Shown here one piece after another: positions 1 to 12,410 of a stretch of DNA of 64,000 nucleotides. How positions within the stretch are numbered: the first letter of the stretch is position 1; each line of letters opens with the position of its first letter. The stretch lies in the NCBI RefSeq assembly GCF_009914755.1, contig NC_060927.1; one strand, 5' to 3'. A program made the translations under genes and the position numbers. A model generated the notes under the pieces. That model searched no databases. It saw only the letters and a list, made by a program, of their open reading frames with translations, and was not told where the DNA came from. The DNA comes from the human T2T-CHM13v2.0 reference genome, Homo sapiens.

Positions 1-659
1 CTGACCTTCTGAAGCCTACTTCTGTCAATTCGTCAAAGTCATTCTCCGTCCACATTTGTTCCATTGCTGGTGTGGAGCTGCGATCCTTTGGAGAAGAGAT
101 GCTCTGATTTTTGATTTTTCAGCTTTTCTGCTCTGGTTTCTCCCCATCTTTGTGGTTTTATCTATCTTTGGTCTTTGATGTTTGTGACCTACAAATGTGA
201 TTTTGGTGTAGATGATCTTTTTGTTGATATTGATCCTATTCTTTTCTGTTTGTTAGTTTTCCTCTAACAGTCAGGTCCCTCAGCTGCAGGTCCGTTGGAG
301 TTTGCTGGAGGTCCAATCCAGACCCTGTTTTCCTGGGATAGGGCAGCTGTCTATATGAGGTGTCTGTTGGCCCCTACTGGGAGATGTCTCCCAGTTAGGC
401 TACATGGGGGTCAGGGACCCACTTGAGGAGGCACTCTGTCTGTTCCCAGAGCTCAAACACCATGCTGGGAGAGCCACTGCTCTCCTCAGGGCTGTCACAC
501 AGGGATGTTTAAGTCTGCAGAAGTTGTCTGCTGCCTTTTTTTCAGCTATGCCCTGCCCACAGAGGTGGAGTCTTGAGGCAGTGGGCCTTGTTGAGTTGTG
601 GTGGGGTCCACCCATTTCGAGCTTCCTGGCCGCTTTGTTTACCTACTCAAGCCTCAGCA

Positions 660-800
660 GTGGCAGATGCCCCTCCCCCAGGTAGGCTGTGGCCTCGAAG
701 TTGGATCTCAGACTGCTGTGCTAGCAGTGAGCCAGGCTCCGTGGGCATGGGACCCACCGAGCCAGGCACAGGGAAAACCTCCTTGTCTGCCAGTTGCTAA
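660..800 (+). pseudogene. L1 ORF0 relic (antisense ORF in the 5'UTR), start codon ATG>GTG
   Basis: Frame of ORF 573..800 reads VADAPPPGRLWPRSWISDCCASSEPGSVGMGPTEPG, similar to recalled ORF0 MAGAPPPASLPPCSLISDCCASNQRDSVGVGPSEPG. Truncated. Confidence 0.7.
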
Positions 801-1074
801 GACCTTGGGAAAAGCACAGTATTTTGGCGGGAGTATTCTTTTTTTCCAGGAAGTCTGTCACGGCTTCCCTTGGCTAGGAAAGGGATATCCCCCAACCCCT
901 TGTGCTTCCGGGGTGAGGTGATGCCCTGCCCTGCTTTAGCTTGCCTTCCATGGGCTGCACCCACTGTCCAACCATCCCAATGAGATGAACCAGTTACCTC
1001 AGTTGGAAATGCAGAAATCACCCATCTTCTGTGTTGATCACACTGGGAGCTGCAGACCAGAGCTATACCTATTC

Positions 1075-1084
1075 GGCCATCTTG
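1075..1084 (-). promoter_or_regulatory. YY1 site of the L1 internal promoter
   Basis: CAAGATGGCC on the minus strand, about 12 nt from the L1 5' end. Confidence 0.75.
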
Positions 1085-1095
1085 GAATGCTCCCC

Positions 1096-2048
1096 AGTGA
1101 GCTTTTTTTCATATGTTTGTTGGCTGCCTAAATGTCTTCTTTTGAGGAGTGTCTGTTCATATCCTTTGCCCACTTTTTGATGGGGTTGTTTGTTTTTTTC
1201 TTGTAAGTTTGTTTAAGTTCTTTGTAGATTCTGGATATTAGCCCATTGTCAGATGGATAGATTGTGAAAATTTTCTCCCATTCTGTAGGTTGCCTGTTCA
1301 CTCTGATGATAATTTCTTTTGCTGTGCAGAAGCTCTTTAGTTTACTCAGATCCCATTTGTCTATTTTGACTTTTATTGTCATTGTTTTTGGTATTTTAGT
1401 CATGTGATCTTTGCCCATGCCAATGTCCTGAATGGTATTGCCTAGGTTTTCTTCTAGGGTTTTTATGGTTTTAGGTCATACATTTAAGTCTTTAATCCAT
1501 CTCGAGTTAATTTTTTTATAAGGTGAGGAAGGGATCCAGTTTCAGCTTTCTGCATATGGCTAGCCAGTTTTCCCAGCACCATTTATTAAATAGGGAATCC
1601 TTTCCTCATTGCTTGTTTTTGTCAGGTTTGTCAAAGATCAGATGATTATAGATGTGTGACGTTATTTCTGATGCCTCTGTTCTGTTCTATTGGTCTATAT
1701 GTCTCTTTTGGTACCAGTACCATGCTGTTTTTCTTACTGTAGACTTGTAGTATAGTTTGAAGTCAGGTAGCATGATGCCTCCAGCTTTTCTCTTTCTGCT
1801 TAGGATTGTCTTGGCTATGCAGGCTCTTTTTTGCTTCCATATGAAATTTAAAGTAGTTTTTTTCAATATTCTGAAGAAAGTCAATGGTAGCTTGATTGAG
1901 ATAGCATTAAACCTATAAATTACTTTGGGCAATATGGCCATTTTTATAATATTGATTCTTCCTTTCCATGAACATGGACTGTTTTTCCATTTGTTTGTGT
2001 CCTCTCTTATTTCCTTGAGCAGTGGTTTGTAGTTCTCCTTGAAGAGGA
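1096..2048 (-). mobile_element. 5'-truncated L1PA (PA7/8-like) ORF2 3' portion
   Basis: ORFs 1128..1418 ([18 protein letters not shown]) and 1687..2091 ([28 protein letters not shown]) are L1 ORF2 C-terminal motifs. Confidence 0.92.
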
Positions 2049-2349
2049 AAAGACCTACTTTCTTACTCTGGTCACATGGTGCTATGTACAATTATCTGTG
2101 TCGTATTGGGCATGCCATTTTATCCTTGGTAAACCTGTTGCCTCATCTGCCAAATGGATTGGACCAGAACATTTTTAAGATATCTTCAGCTTCCACACTC
2201 CATGACTATAAGAAAGGGAAGTAGAATGGGAGGATAGAGAAGAAAGGTGGGGTGGATGGGACTTCCCTGAAGAACAGAGAAAACAATTTTTTTGTTGCCC
2301 CTTTCTTCCACCCAGAGAATTTCTTGTGCTTTACTGGAGGATGTGTGAC

Positions 2350-2570
2350 TTAGAACAACCTATTGGAAAGCACTTTGACATTATCTTGTACAGCTGAAAA
2401 TTCTCATGCTCTAAGACCCAGCAATTGTCCTTCTAGGTTTATACCATGAGAAATCATTTGCATGCAGAATAAGAGACACGTACAGGAATGTTTATAGCAA
2501 TACTAGTGTGGAAGGAAAAATTTGGGAACCTCTCAAATGTCCATCTGAAAGACTAGAGAAATAAATTATC
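2350..2570 (+). mobile_element. Old L1M (L1ME-like) ORF2-end fragment
   Basis: gacccagcaatt...ctaggtttatacc...aggaatgtttatagca...caaatgtccatc resemble L1 3' motifs. Confidence 0.6.
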
Positions 2571-2919
2571 CCAAAGGAAACAATGGCTTCTGATTGTTAT
2601 TGTAGCCAATTTGAATTTGTTCATGTGGAAAACCTATTGAGTATGTTCTCTTTGCCTGTCACTGTATCAGCTTTGGGTGTTCAACATATCTCTATGGCTA
2701 ATGCACATTTCCTGCCCTTGTAGAATCCAATATCCTTTTGCTTTTTCTCACAGTATTGACACACTAGTTCAATTTTTCCATTAGTTTTAGAAATAAGGTA
2801 CTAATATATCAATAGAGTATCTGATCTTGGTGACACTTTCACTGAAACTGTGAAATGCATTATTGTTTTTCATTTAACAGACTAAACTAATTCCTTCTTT
2901 TCTTTCCACCTACTTTTTC

Positions 2920-3500
2920 TCTACATATTTACCTATTTTGGATATGTCATATAAACGGAGACATATAATATGTGGCATTTGGTGACTAGTTTTTTCACTT
3001 AGCATAATCTTTTCAAGTTTCATGTGTGTTATACTGCATATCAACACTTTATTTTTATGACTAAATTTTATTTTATTGTTTTGATACACCACATTTTGTT
3101 AATCCATTCATCAGTTGATGGACATTTTCATTGTTTCCACTTTTGGGGTATTATGAATAGTGCTGCTATGAACATTTGTGTACAGGTATTATGTGGACAG
3201 ACATTTCCAATTCTCCTGGGTAAATACTTAGGAGTAGAAGAGATAGATCATATGATAAATCTGTTTATAGCTTTTTGGGGAATTTTCAAATTGTTCTGTA
3301 AAGTGGCTGCACCATTTTACAACCCTATCCTCAATATATAAGAACTTCAATTTCTTCACATCTTTTATAACACTTATTATTGTCTGGCTGTATTTTAATC
3401 AGTCTATTGGGTGTGAACTGGTATCTTATGCTTTTGACTTGCATTTCTCCAATGTCTAACAATGTTGAGCATCTTTTTATATGAATGTTAAACATTAAGC
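2920..3500 (-). mobile_element. L1MB-like 3' end (left part of the host element)
   Basis: tccattcatcagttgatggacatttt...gctatgaacatttgtgtacagg; resumes at about 7810. Confidence 0.8.
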
Positions 3501-3514
3501 TTTTGAAAATGTTT

Positions 3515-4515
3515 AATTTTATTTATTTTTTTACTTGTATTGCAAATTGACAAATTAGAGTTGTATATATTTATACAATATGTAAATTGTATAAAAAGTA
3601 AAAAGTGATGTTATGATTCATGAACACACCGTGTAATAATTAAGTCAAGATAATAAACACATCCATCATCTAATATACGTATTCTTTTGGTGAGAACATT
3701 TGGAATTTACTGTCTTAGTAATTCTGAAATTTATAATACCCTATTAACTATATTTACCATACTGTGTAATAGATATTTGAAAAACTTTATTTCTTCTATA
3801 TAACTAAGGTTTTGTATTTTTTGAATATCATATCCCCATTCCCTCCACCACCAGCCTCTGGTAATCACCATTCTATTCCCTGCTTCTATGAGTTTGATTG
3901 TTTTAGGTTCCACATATAAGTGAGAGCATGAGGTATTTGTCTTTCTGTGCCTGGCTTATTTCATTTAGGATGATGCTCTCCAATTCTGCCCATGTTGTTG
4001 CAAATGGCAGAATTTCTTTATTTTTAAGGTTGAATAGTATTCTCTTGTGTATATATAGCACATTTTTTGATCCATTTACCTGTTGGTGGACACTTAGATT
4101 GATTCTATAATTTGGCTATTGAGAATAATGCTGCCAAAAATATAGGAGTGTAAACATGACTTCGACATACTGATTTCAAAAGTTTTGAGTGAATACCCAA
4201 AAGTGGGATTGCTGTATCATATGATAAAACTGTTTTTAGTTTTTTGAGGAACCTCCATAGAGCTTTCCATAATGGCTGTACTATTCCACATTTCCATCAG
4301 CAGCACACGAGTTCCCTTTCCTCCACATATTGGCCAACACTTATCTTTCATCTTTTTGTTGATAGCCATTCTAACAGGTGTGAAATTATATCACGTTGTG
4401 GTTTTAATTTGCATTTTCTTAATGGTTAGTGATGCTGAGATTAAAAAAATATATATTTCTTGGCCATTTCTATTTATTATTTTGAGAAATGTTTATTCAA
4501 GTTCCTTGCTCTCCA
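3515..4515 (-). mobile_element. L1MA-like 3'UTR/ORF2 end nested in the L1MB
   Basis: ttccacatataagtgagagcatg...ctttctgtgcctggcttatttc...; a second L1 3' end; continues at about 6550. Confidence 0.82.
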
Positions 4516-4516
4516 C

Positions 4517-4618
4517 TTTTTTAAAGAGATGGTGTCTTGCTCTGTTGCCCAAGGCACAGTGCAGTAGTGCCATTATAGCTCACTGTAGCCTCAAACTCCT
4601 GGGCTCAAGTGATCCTCC
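4517..4618 (-). mobile_element. AluJ/FLAM fragment interrupted by an LTR
   Basis: gtcttgctctgttgcccaagg...ctcactgtagcctcaaactcctgggctcaagtgatcctcc, cut at 4619. Confidence 0.8.
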
Positions 4619-5227
4619 TGAGGCAGGAGAATAGAGAGTTGGAGTAACCAAGGGTTAAGGAAGATGAAAAGAACCAAGGGTTAAGGAAGATGAAAAGAAC
4701 CAAGGGTTAAGGAAGAGGAAAGCGTTAAGGAAGCAGGTGCAGCCATTTCGCGTAAGTGAAAGAATAGCAGGTGCAGACAGTTCTAGGCAAGATTAGGCAG
4801 CATATAGGCCCCATCCTTGCTCTTGTGATAACAAGACAGAAGTTGCCACTTTAGCCTCTGATTGACTGTAGGCCAAGCCTCCACTTCAGCCTCAGATTGG
4901 TTGCAGGTCAATCCTTCATAGGGTGAAACCAATTGGAGGCCTTTAAAAGGCACCTGGGGGTGTTGTTAAGTTCTTTTGGCTTTATAAAAACCTCAGGAGC
5001 ATTGCAATTCAGAGGCTTTTGGGCCGCTTGCTGGAGCCTGCTCCTACTCTGTGAATTGTACTTTTGCTTCTTCAAAGAATCTGTGTCTTTGTTACTCTGT
5101 TCTTTTGTTACATTGTTTGTCTTTCGTTGCTTTGCTCTTCCGTTGCTTTGTTTGTGTGTTTTGTTCGATTTTTTGTGCAACACGCCAAGAATCTGGAAAA
5201 CTCACAGTCAAGACCTTCTAGCTGACA
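4619..5227 (+). mobile_element. ERV1 5' LTR, MER51-like
   Basis: TG...CA termini (tgaggcaggagaatag ... ctagctgaca), CCAAT boxes at 4895 and 4929, TATAAAA at 4983, followed directly by a PBS. Confidence 0.8.
4646..4722 (+). repeat. 26-bp tandem repeat (about 3 copies) in the LTR U3
   Basis: aaccaagggttaaggaagatgaaaag occurs twice exactly, plus a third variant copy. Confidence 0.9.
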
Positions 5228-5232
5228 TATTT

Positions 5233-5250
5233 TGGTGAGCCAGCCAGGAG
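5233..5250 (+). promoter_or_regulatory. Primer binding site, tRNA-Arg(ACG) type
   Basis: TGGTGAGCCAGCCAGGAG versus TGGCGAGCCAGCCAGGAG (complement of the tRNA-Arg-ACG 3' end), one CpG-type mismatch. Confidence 0.85.
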
Positions 5251-5458
5251 GTAAGCCCAAATTTTGGCATTTATTTTTCCTTCTCTTTCTTTATCAAAGC
5301 CATCATTTACAGACATGGTTGGGCAGTTAAAAGCCAGTAGGGCACCTGCTGCTTGAAGTCTCCCATGATAGGATAACTTGGTTATGGAACAGGACATTTA
5401 GGTGCTGCTGAGTGCAAGACAAATCCATGCAACAGACAGGTTTTTGTTTGTACGGTGA

Positions 5459-5827
<369 letters not shown>

Positions 5828-6550
5828 TGATGATTTGTGGGGAAAGCAGTAGTGCAGAATTACTTCTTTTTCTTAGAGTGGGGAAAGGGACTTCTGTTTT
5901 ATGTATTTTTTTTTTCATGAGAACCCATAATTTTTGTTTGTAGAAACAAACCCCGGACTTTGTTAATAGTTTTAAGCTACATTGCAGGGTCCCTTTTTTC
6001 ATAAAGGTTACAGGATGAAGAAGCTTATTTCACTTGGTAGGAGGCAAAATAGCTGAGTATTGCATCCTGAGATTAAGGGAGTCATAGTAGGTCCATCACT
6101 TATGGAGGGAAAACATTCAGAGTAGTGCAATGGCCCACATAATGTCAGAGACATACATCTGACACTCTACAATCAGAGATATCTGAACTAGCTAAAGACT
6201 GAAGGGGCCCAGGGCCTTCCTCACTGCCTCTGTCCAGGAACATTCATTACTACTGAGGAGCCCCAGGTAACTCTGGATGTAATGGGTACACAAATTCAGT
6301 TTCTTTTTTATACAGGGCTGATTACCCTGTCCTTACTGTTTATGTGGGAAAATGCTCCACTAGGACCACGACTGTTGTAGGAATGGAAGAAAAAAAATAA
6401 AGTCAGGCATTTTGCCCCTTCTTTAACCTGATGATTTGAAAAACAAATCTTCCAGCAGGAGTTTGTTACAGAACCAAGCTGCTGTTCACCCTGTTGGGAA
6501 GGGATATTGTGGTTAAAATAGGGACACTGCTACAATTTAAGCACTGCCAG

Positions 6551-7805
6551 GGTCCAATTTTTTTTTCTGCCTATGGATATCCAGTTTTCCCAACACTCTT
6601 TATTGAAGAGACTATTTTTTTTCCCATTGTGTATCCCTGGCAACTTTTTGAAAATTGATTGACCATACATGTGTGGGTTCCTTGCCCAGCTATCTACTTT
6701 GTTCCATTGGACAATATGTCTATTTTTACATCAGTACTATGCTGTTTTAATTACTATTGCTTTATAGTATACTTTGAAATCAGGTAGTGTGATGTCTCCA
6801 ACTTTGTTCTATTTGCTCATGATTGCTTTAGCTATTCAGGGTTTCTTTTGTGGTTCCATATAAATTTTAGAAGTTTTTTCTATTTCAATGAAAAATGACA
6901 ATGGAATATTTATAAGGGCTGCATTGAATCTGTAGGTTGCTTTGGATAGTATGGACATCTTAGCAATATTCTTTAAATTTATGAACACAAGATGTATTTT
7001 CATTTATTTGTGTCTTCTATTTCATTAACATTTGTAGTTTTCAGTGTACAGGACTTTCACCTCCTTAATTAAATTTATTTCTAAATATTTTTGTAGCTAT
7101 TGTAAATAGGGATTGTTCTCATGATTTCTTTCTCAGAATGATCCATATATATAGAAACACTAGTAATTTTGTGTGTTGATTTTTATATCCTGCAACTTTA
7201 CTATCTTTATTTATTATTTCTAACAATTTTTGATGGAATCTTTTGGGTTTTCTGTATATAAGGTCATGTCATTAACAAACAGCAACAATTTTACTTCTTT
7301 CATTTCTATTTGGATGATGTCTTTTATTTTTTTCTCTTGCCTAATTGCTCTGGTAAGGACCTCCAATACTATGTTGAATTTGAAGTGGTGAGAATGTGTA
7401 TCTTTGTTTTGTTTCTGATCTTGGATAAAAGGGTTTCAGTTTTTCACTGATTAGTATAATATTAGTTGTAGGGTCTATAAATAGCCTTTATTGTATTGAG
7501 ATACATTTGTTTCTGTATCTAATTTCTTGAGAGTTTTTTTTTTTTATCATGGAAGGAAGTAGAATTTGGTGAAATGCTTTTTCTGCATTTAGTGAGATGA
7601 TGCGGTTTTTGTCCTTCAGTCCGTTAAAATGATGTGTCACATGTATAGATTTGTGTGTGTTGAACCATCATTACATCCCAGGCATAAATTCCACTAAGTC
7701 AAGGTGAATGACCCTTTTAATGTGTTGTTGAATTCACTTTGCTAGTATTTTGTTGAAGATTTTTGCATCTATGTTCAGTAAGCATATTGGCCTGTTATTT
7801 TCTTT
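6551..7805 (-). mobile_element. L1MA-like ORF2 (continuation of 3515-4515)
   Basis: ggatatccagttttccc...gcattgaatctgtag...ttgaaccatc...gctagtattttgttgaag are L1 ORF2 antisense motifs. Confidence 0.85.
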
Positions 7806-7809
7806 CCTC

Positions 7810-9960
7810 ATTATTGACATTTAAAAAACTTCTTTGGAAAAATGTCTATTCTAGTCGTGGTCCATATTTAATGAGCTGCTTTGTCCTTTTGTTGTTGAGT
7901 TGTATGAATTGTATATATGATAAATTCTGTATGAAAGTATATGTCTGATTAATTCTTATCTGCTATGTCTGATAATGTTCTTATCCGACGTATACTTTGC
8001 AAATATTTTCTTATTCTGTGGGCTTTCTACTACCTTAAAGTGCCTTGAAGCACAAAATTTTTTAACATTAAGTTCAGTCTGTTTTCTTTTGTTGCTTGTT
8101 GTTTTGGTATTATATTTAAGAATCCATTGCCTAATCTGAGACCATGGAGATTGAATGCTAGGTCTTCTAAGAGTTTTATAATCTTAGTTGTTACATTTAG
8201 TCTATAATTTTTGCTTGTGGTGTGAGGTAGAGAAACAACTTCAATCTTTTCATATTTTATTGTTGCAGTACTATTTATTAAAAAGACTATTCTTTCCTCA
8301 TTGAAAGGAAAGAATATTTCCTTTATTTCTGGACTCTGAATTCTGTTTGGTTGAATTATATGTTTATCCTTATGCCAGTGATACACTCTATGGGTTACTG
8401 CTATTTTATAATAAATTTTGAAACCAGAAAATGTAAATTCCCAACTTTGTTCTTTGTCAAGATAGTTTTGTGATTCCGAATTCCTTGCATTTCTATGTGG
8501 ATTTTAGGATCAGCTTGTCAATTTCTGCAAAAAACGAAGTTGAAATTTTGTTAGGTATTGCATTGAATCTGTAGATCAAATTCAGCAGTATTGTCATAAC
8601 AAAATTAAGTCTTCCAATCCATGAACATGGAATGTACACCCATCAATTTAGGTCTCCTTCTAGTTCTTTCAACATTGCTTTGTTGTTTACACTGTATAAC
8701 TCTTGTTATTCTTTTTTTAAATTTATTCCTAAGCATTTTGTTTTTATTACGTGATGATAAAATGGAATTGCTTTCTTAATTTCCTTTTGACATTGTTCAC
8801 TGCTATCTTTCAACCTTGCTCAGCTTGTTTATTAATTGTAATATATATGTATATATACACACATATATATTTCAACCTTGTTCAGCTCATTTGTTCTAAT
8901 ATACATATTTTCTATTTTGGGATTCCTTAGTATTTTTTATATATAAGATTCTGTCATTAGCTGGGCATGGTGGGATGTGCCTTCAGTCCCGTCTACTTGG
9001 GAGGCTAAGATGGGAGGATCGCTTGAGCCCAAGAGGCTGAGACTGCAGCTAGCCCTGATGGTGCCGCTGTACTCTAGCCTGAGTGATATGAAACCCCATC
9101 TCAAAAAAAAAAAAAAATAAAATTCATGATGTCACCTGTGAATAGACATAGTTTTTCCTCTTCATTTCTAATCTGGATGGCTTTTATTTCTTGTTGTCTA
9201 ATTGCCCTGGATAGAAACTTCAGTACAAAGTTGAATGGAGGTGACAATCAATAATGGATATCTGTGTCTTGTTTTTGATCTTAGAGGAAAAAAATTCAGT
9301 ATTTCAGTGTTAAGTATGAAACTAGTGGTGAGTTTTTCCATATATATCCTATGTCAAGTTGAGGAAGTTCCCTTTGTTCCCAGCTTGCTGTGTATTCTTT
9401 ATTATGAGAGTGTTGTATCTTGTAAATGCCTTACCTGCATTGACTGAGTTGATTTATATGGGTTTTGTCTTTATTTTGTCAACATGGTATTTTACACTGA
9501 TTGATTTTCATAGGTTAAACCATCATTGCACTCTTGGGATAAAACGTACTTGGTCATGGTATATAATCTTTTTTTTTTTAAATATGTTTCTGGATTCTAT
9601 TTGCCGGTATTTAATTAAGAATTTTTGCATCTACATTCATAAGGGATATTGCTCAATAGTTTTCTTGTGATGTCTTTTTCCGGTTTTGTAGAAGGTCAAT
9701 AATGGCCTTATAAAATGAGTTTAGAAGTATTACCTTCTCCCCTTTTGGAAGAAAGTTTTGGAAGAGTTCTTTAAGAATTGCTGTTCTGCTTGTGGGAACT
9801 AGGTGAAAAACAAATGGTGTTAATTCTTTAAACATTTGGTAGAATTTATCAGTGAAGCCTTATAGGCCTTTGTTTTTATTGTGGAAAATTTTTGATTAGT
9901 AATAAAATCTACTTTTCATAGATGTATTTATATTTTAATGTTTGAGTCAGTTTTGCACTT
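7810..9960 (-). mobile_element. L1MB-like ORF2 (continuation of 2920-3500)
   Basis: Resumes at tctttggaaaaatgtctatt; ORF 8030..8386 is a degenerate L1 ORF2 piece. Confidence 0.82.
8958..9122 (+). mobile_element. FRAM/AluJ right monomer
   Basis: ttagctgggcatggtgg...gggaggatcgcttgagccc...poly(A). Confidence 0.88.
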
Positions 9961-10057
9961 TTTTCTGATAATATACTGTATTTACATATTTCCTTAATAT
10001 AATTTAATAAAAATATTTGCTTAGGTGTACCTAACCTTCTGTGTATACCTAACCTTA

Positions 10058-10135
10058 TTTTTTCCCTTCCTTTTTTCCTTCCTTCCTTCCTTTTCTTTCT
10101 TTCTTTCTTTTTCTCTTCCTTCTTCCTTCCCTCCC
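10058..10135. repeat. CT-rich (CCTT/CTTT)n simple repeat
   Basis: Directly visible. Confidence 0.9.
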
Positions 10136-10281
10136 ACAAATATTCATTGAGGGTTTATCATATACCAGTATGTGTTTTGAGTACTGAGTATGATGGTAAA
10201 CAAAACCAACAACATTTTTTACCTTAAAAAATCTGCATTCTCTGTGGAGATATAGATGATACACAAACAAATGAATACACA

Positions 10282-10312
<31 letters not shown>

Positions 10313-10420
10313 TAATGAATGCCAGGCAGTGACATGTGTAATGAAGAAAACTGTCAGGGCTCAGGGTAAAGAGACAAAGAGTTAAGGAGGTGATGGTAGG
10401 AAAGCACTTAACCATAAAAA
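10135..10420 (-). mobile_element. L2 3' fragment with an internal (CA)n microsatellite (about 10277-10310)
   Basis: caaatattcattgag...; (CA)n run. Confidence 0.6.
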
Positions 10421-11779
10421 TTTAATTAATAGGTGATAGACACAAAAATGGAAAGAGAGATAAATATTAATACATGAGTACTGATATTTGCTTGCTTGTT
10501 TGTTTTAAAGCAGAAAATTATTTACTTTTTGGACCAATTTATTAGATTATTTAAAAAGACTTTAAACAAAGTTACTTATACACATTCTTATTGAACATAA
10601 ATTTAGCTGAATTTATTTAAAAATAAAAAATTGAAACTCTCCTTAGCACTAATTTAGTGTCCCCACTGTATGCTGAGATGAGAGACATGAATCTGAGATT
10701 TTAGCAGTTGTCTTCAGTTCTCATGAGCATCTCAAAGTTTGAGCATTTCACAAAGATGACTGCTTTTAATGTTTAGAGTTGCTGGAAAGTAGTATTTTCA
10801 AAACTAATTCTGAAGGTACAAAATTTTCACCATGTGTTCTTACTTTAGAATCTAAGGAAACTTTTCCATGTTTCTTAAGGCACAGATTGTATCATTAATG
10901 CCATATAGCTTCTCAAGTTACATTGGAGAGTTGTGGACCCTCTGATAGCTTCCCAATTTTATTCCTGTTATTTATACAACTTTAGCTCTCTAAGATTAAA
11001 TCCAGGTTGATGTAATCCATTGCTCAATAGATATATCCAGCTGGGAGAAAAGAATCTCATTTGAACTCCATGAAGTAAACAAACAAAATAATGAACAAGA
11101 GAGTTGATTGAATGGTGGATTATGCCAGTGGTACCTAGCAGGACAATACTGGACACATAGGAAAGGTTAGTGGTTGGTTGAATGACAGCCTGTGAAATGG
11201 TTCCATATATAATGAGCTTTATGAATATTTCTGCATGTATGCTTTTACTTCAGGATGAAGGCCCTTAGAGTCATGTTATTTCTCAGTAAAAAACAGGAAT
11301 GAGATTCCAAAGTAATTTTTTTGATTTTTTTTTGTACAATTTATACCGTAACTAATTTTGATAAAGAATTGTTTTAGAAAGTAGCAACTGAGTACTTCCT
11401 GCCATATTGAATACTTCTTAAGAGGTTTAATTGACAATATTGGTATACTGCCAAAGGCTGTTGAATATAGTAGCTCCCTGGTGAACAGGGCTGCAACTTG
11501 AAAATTAGGTCTCTATCAAAAGCTAAAGGGTATATTTTTCTAAATTCTATATTTCAAATGCTACATAATTCTCTAAGCTTATTGTTAGAAAAGAAACTCA
11601 GAGGCCCTAAACCTCATTTGCTTTGATTATTATGTGAAGAAAATTAGTATTTGAAAATACCACAATCACAGTCATTAGACCTTTAATTCAGACTTTGGAT
11701 TACTCTATGCTATATCTGCCCCTCTCAACAATAGTCTTGGGTGTTTTGCCCAAGCCTGGAATTGCAGGATTTTGACATT

Positions 11780-12150
11780 AGAATACACCTAGAATGAACT
11801 GCCTCAAAGTAAATCTTTTGCAAGATGGTATCGAGCCCATGCTTGAATACTTTGGGGTAATGAGAAACTTATTAATTACCCAGAATTCATTTCACTTTTG
11901 TGGGGCTCTGAACAATGAACCAAAACATACCTCAATGCAACCTACAACCATTGGCTTATTTTTGCTCTCTAGATACATGTCTTCCAGATATTTAAGACAG
12001 CAATCATTTTCCTCTAGATTCTCATTTTCATCCTAACTAAATGTCACTCAAAAATTTATAAAGTTTCTAACTTTTAAAGCAAAATGTTTCCCCTTATAAC
12101 TGAAACCCAAATTACATTTATTCTTGTGTAAAATGTGGGACAGCTGAGTC
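11780..12150 (-). mobile_element. L3/CR1-like fragment
   Basis: tgcttgaatacttt...ttcatttcacttttgtggggctctg resembles the CR1 3' region; very diverged. Confidence 0.4.
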
Positions 12151-12393
12151 ATACAATTACAGTGCTAAAATCATCTGAACGAAGAGATGGGTCTTCAAAT
12201 AATCTAGCCAAGTCATTCTCATCTCTTGTTAATAGGTCACAGTGGTTTGTTGATTTCATTTTCTGATGTGACAGAATATGATCTCATTTCAACTGCATGA
12301 TGTGGGGAGAATTGACTGTGCTTCCAGATTTGCAGAACCAGATTTGAGAGGGAATCCTGGCTTTTGGAGACTCATTTATCATAGGGAATAGAA

Positions 12394-12410
12394 AGTTTCA
12401 CTTTCACTTT
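12394..12410. promoter_or_regulatory. Tandem IRF/ISRE (also PRDM1-type) motif
   Basis: AGTTTCACTTTCACTTT, i.e. AAAGTGAAAGTGAAACT on the minus strand; motif match only. Confidence 0.4.

Larger units (their letters stand above)
1..1095 (-). mobile_element. LINE-1 (L1PA6-8-like) 5'UTR and start of ORF1; element continues left of the window
   Basis: Minus strand starts GGGGAGCATTCCAAGATGGCCGAATAGG, a typical L1PA 5' terminus. ORF1 ATG at 147 reads MGRNQSRKAE and then frameshifts relative to the recalled consensus. Confidence 0.93.

Noticed and set aside
5233-5250. tRNA gene (also 52570-52587)
   Set aside because: Only an 18-nt complement of a tRNA 3' end next to an LTR, i.e. a PBS; no cloverleaf.
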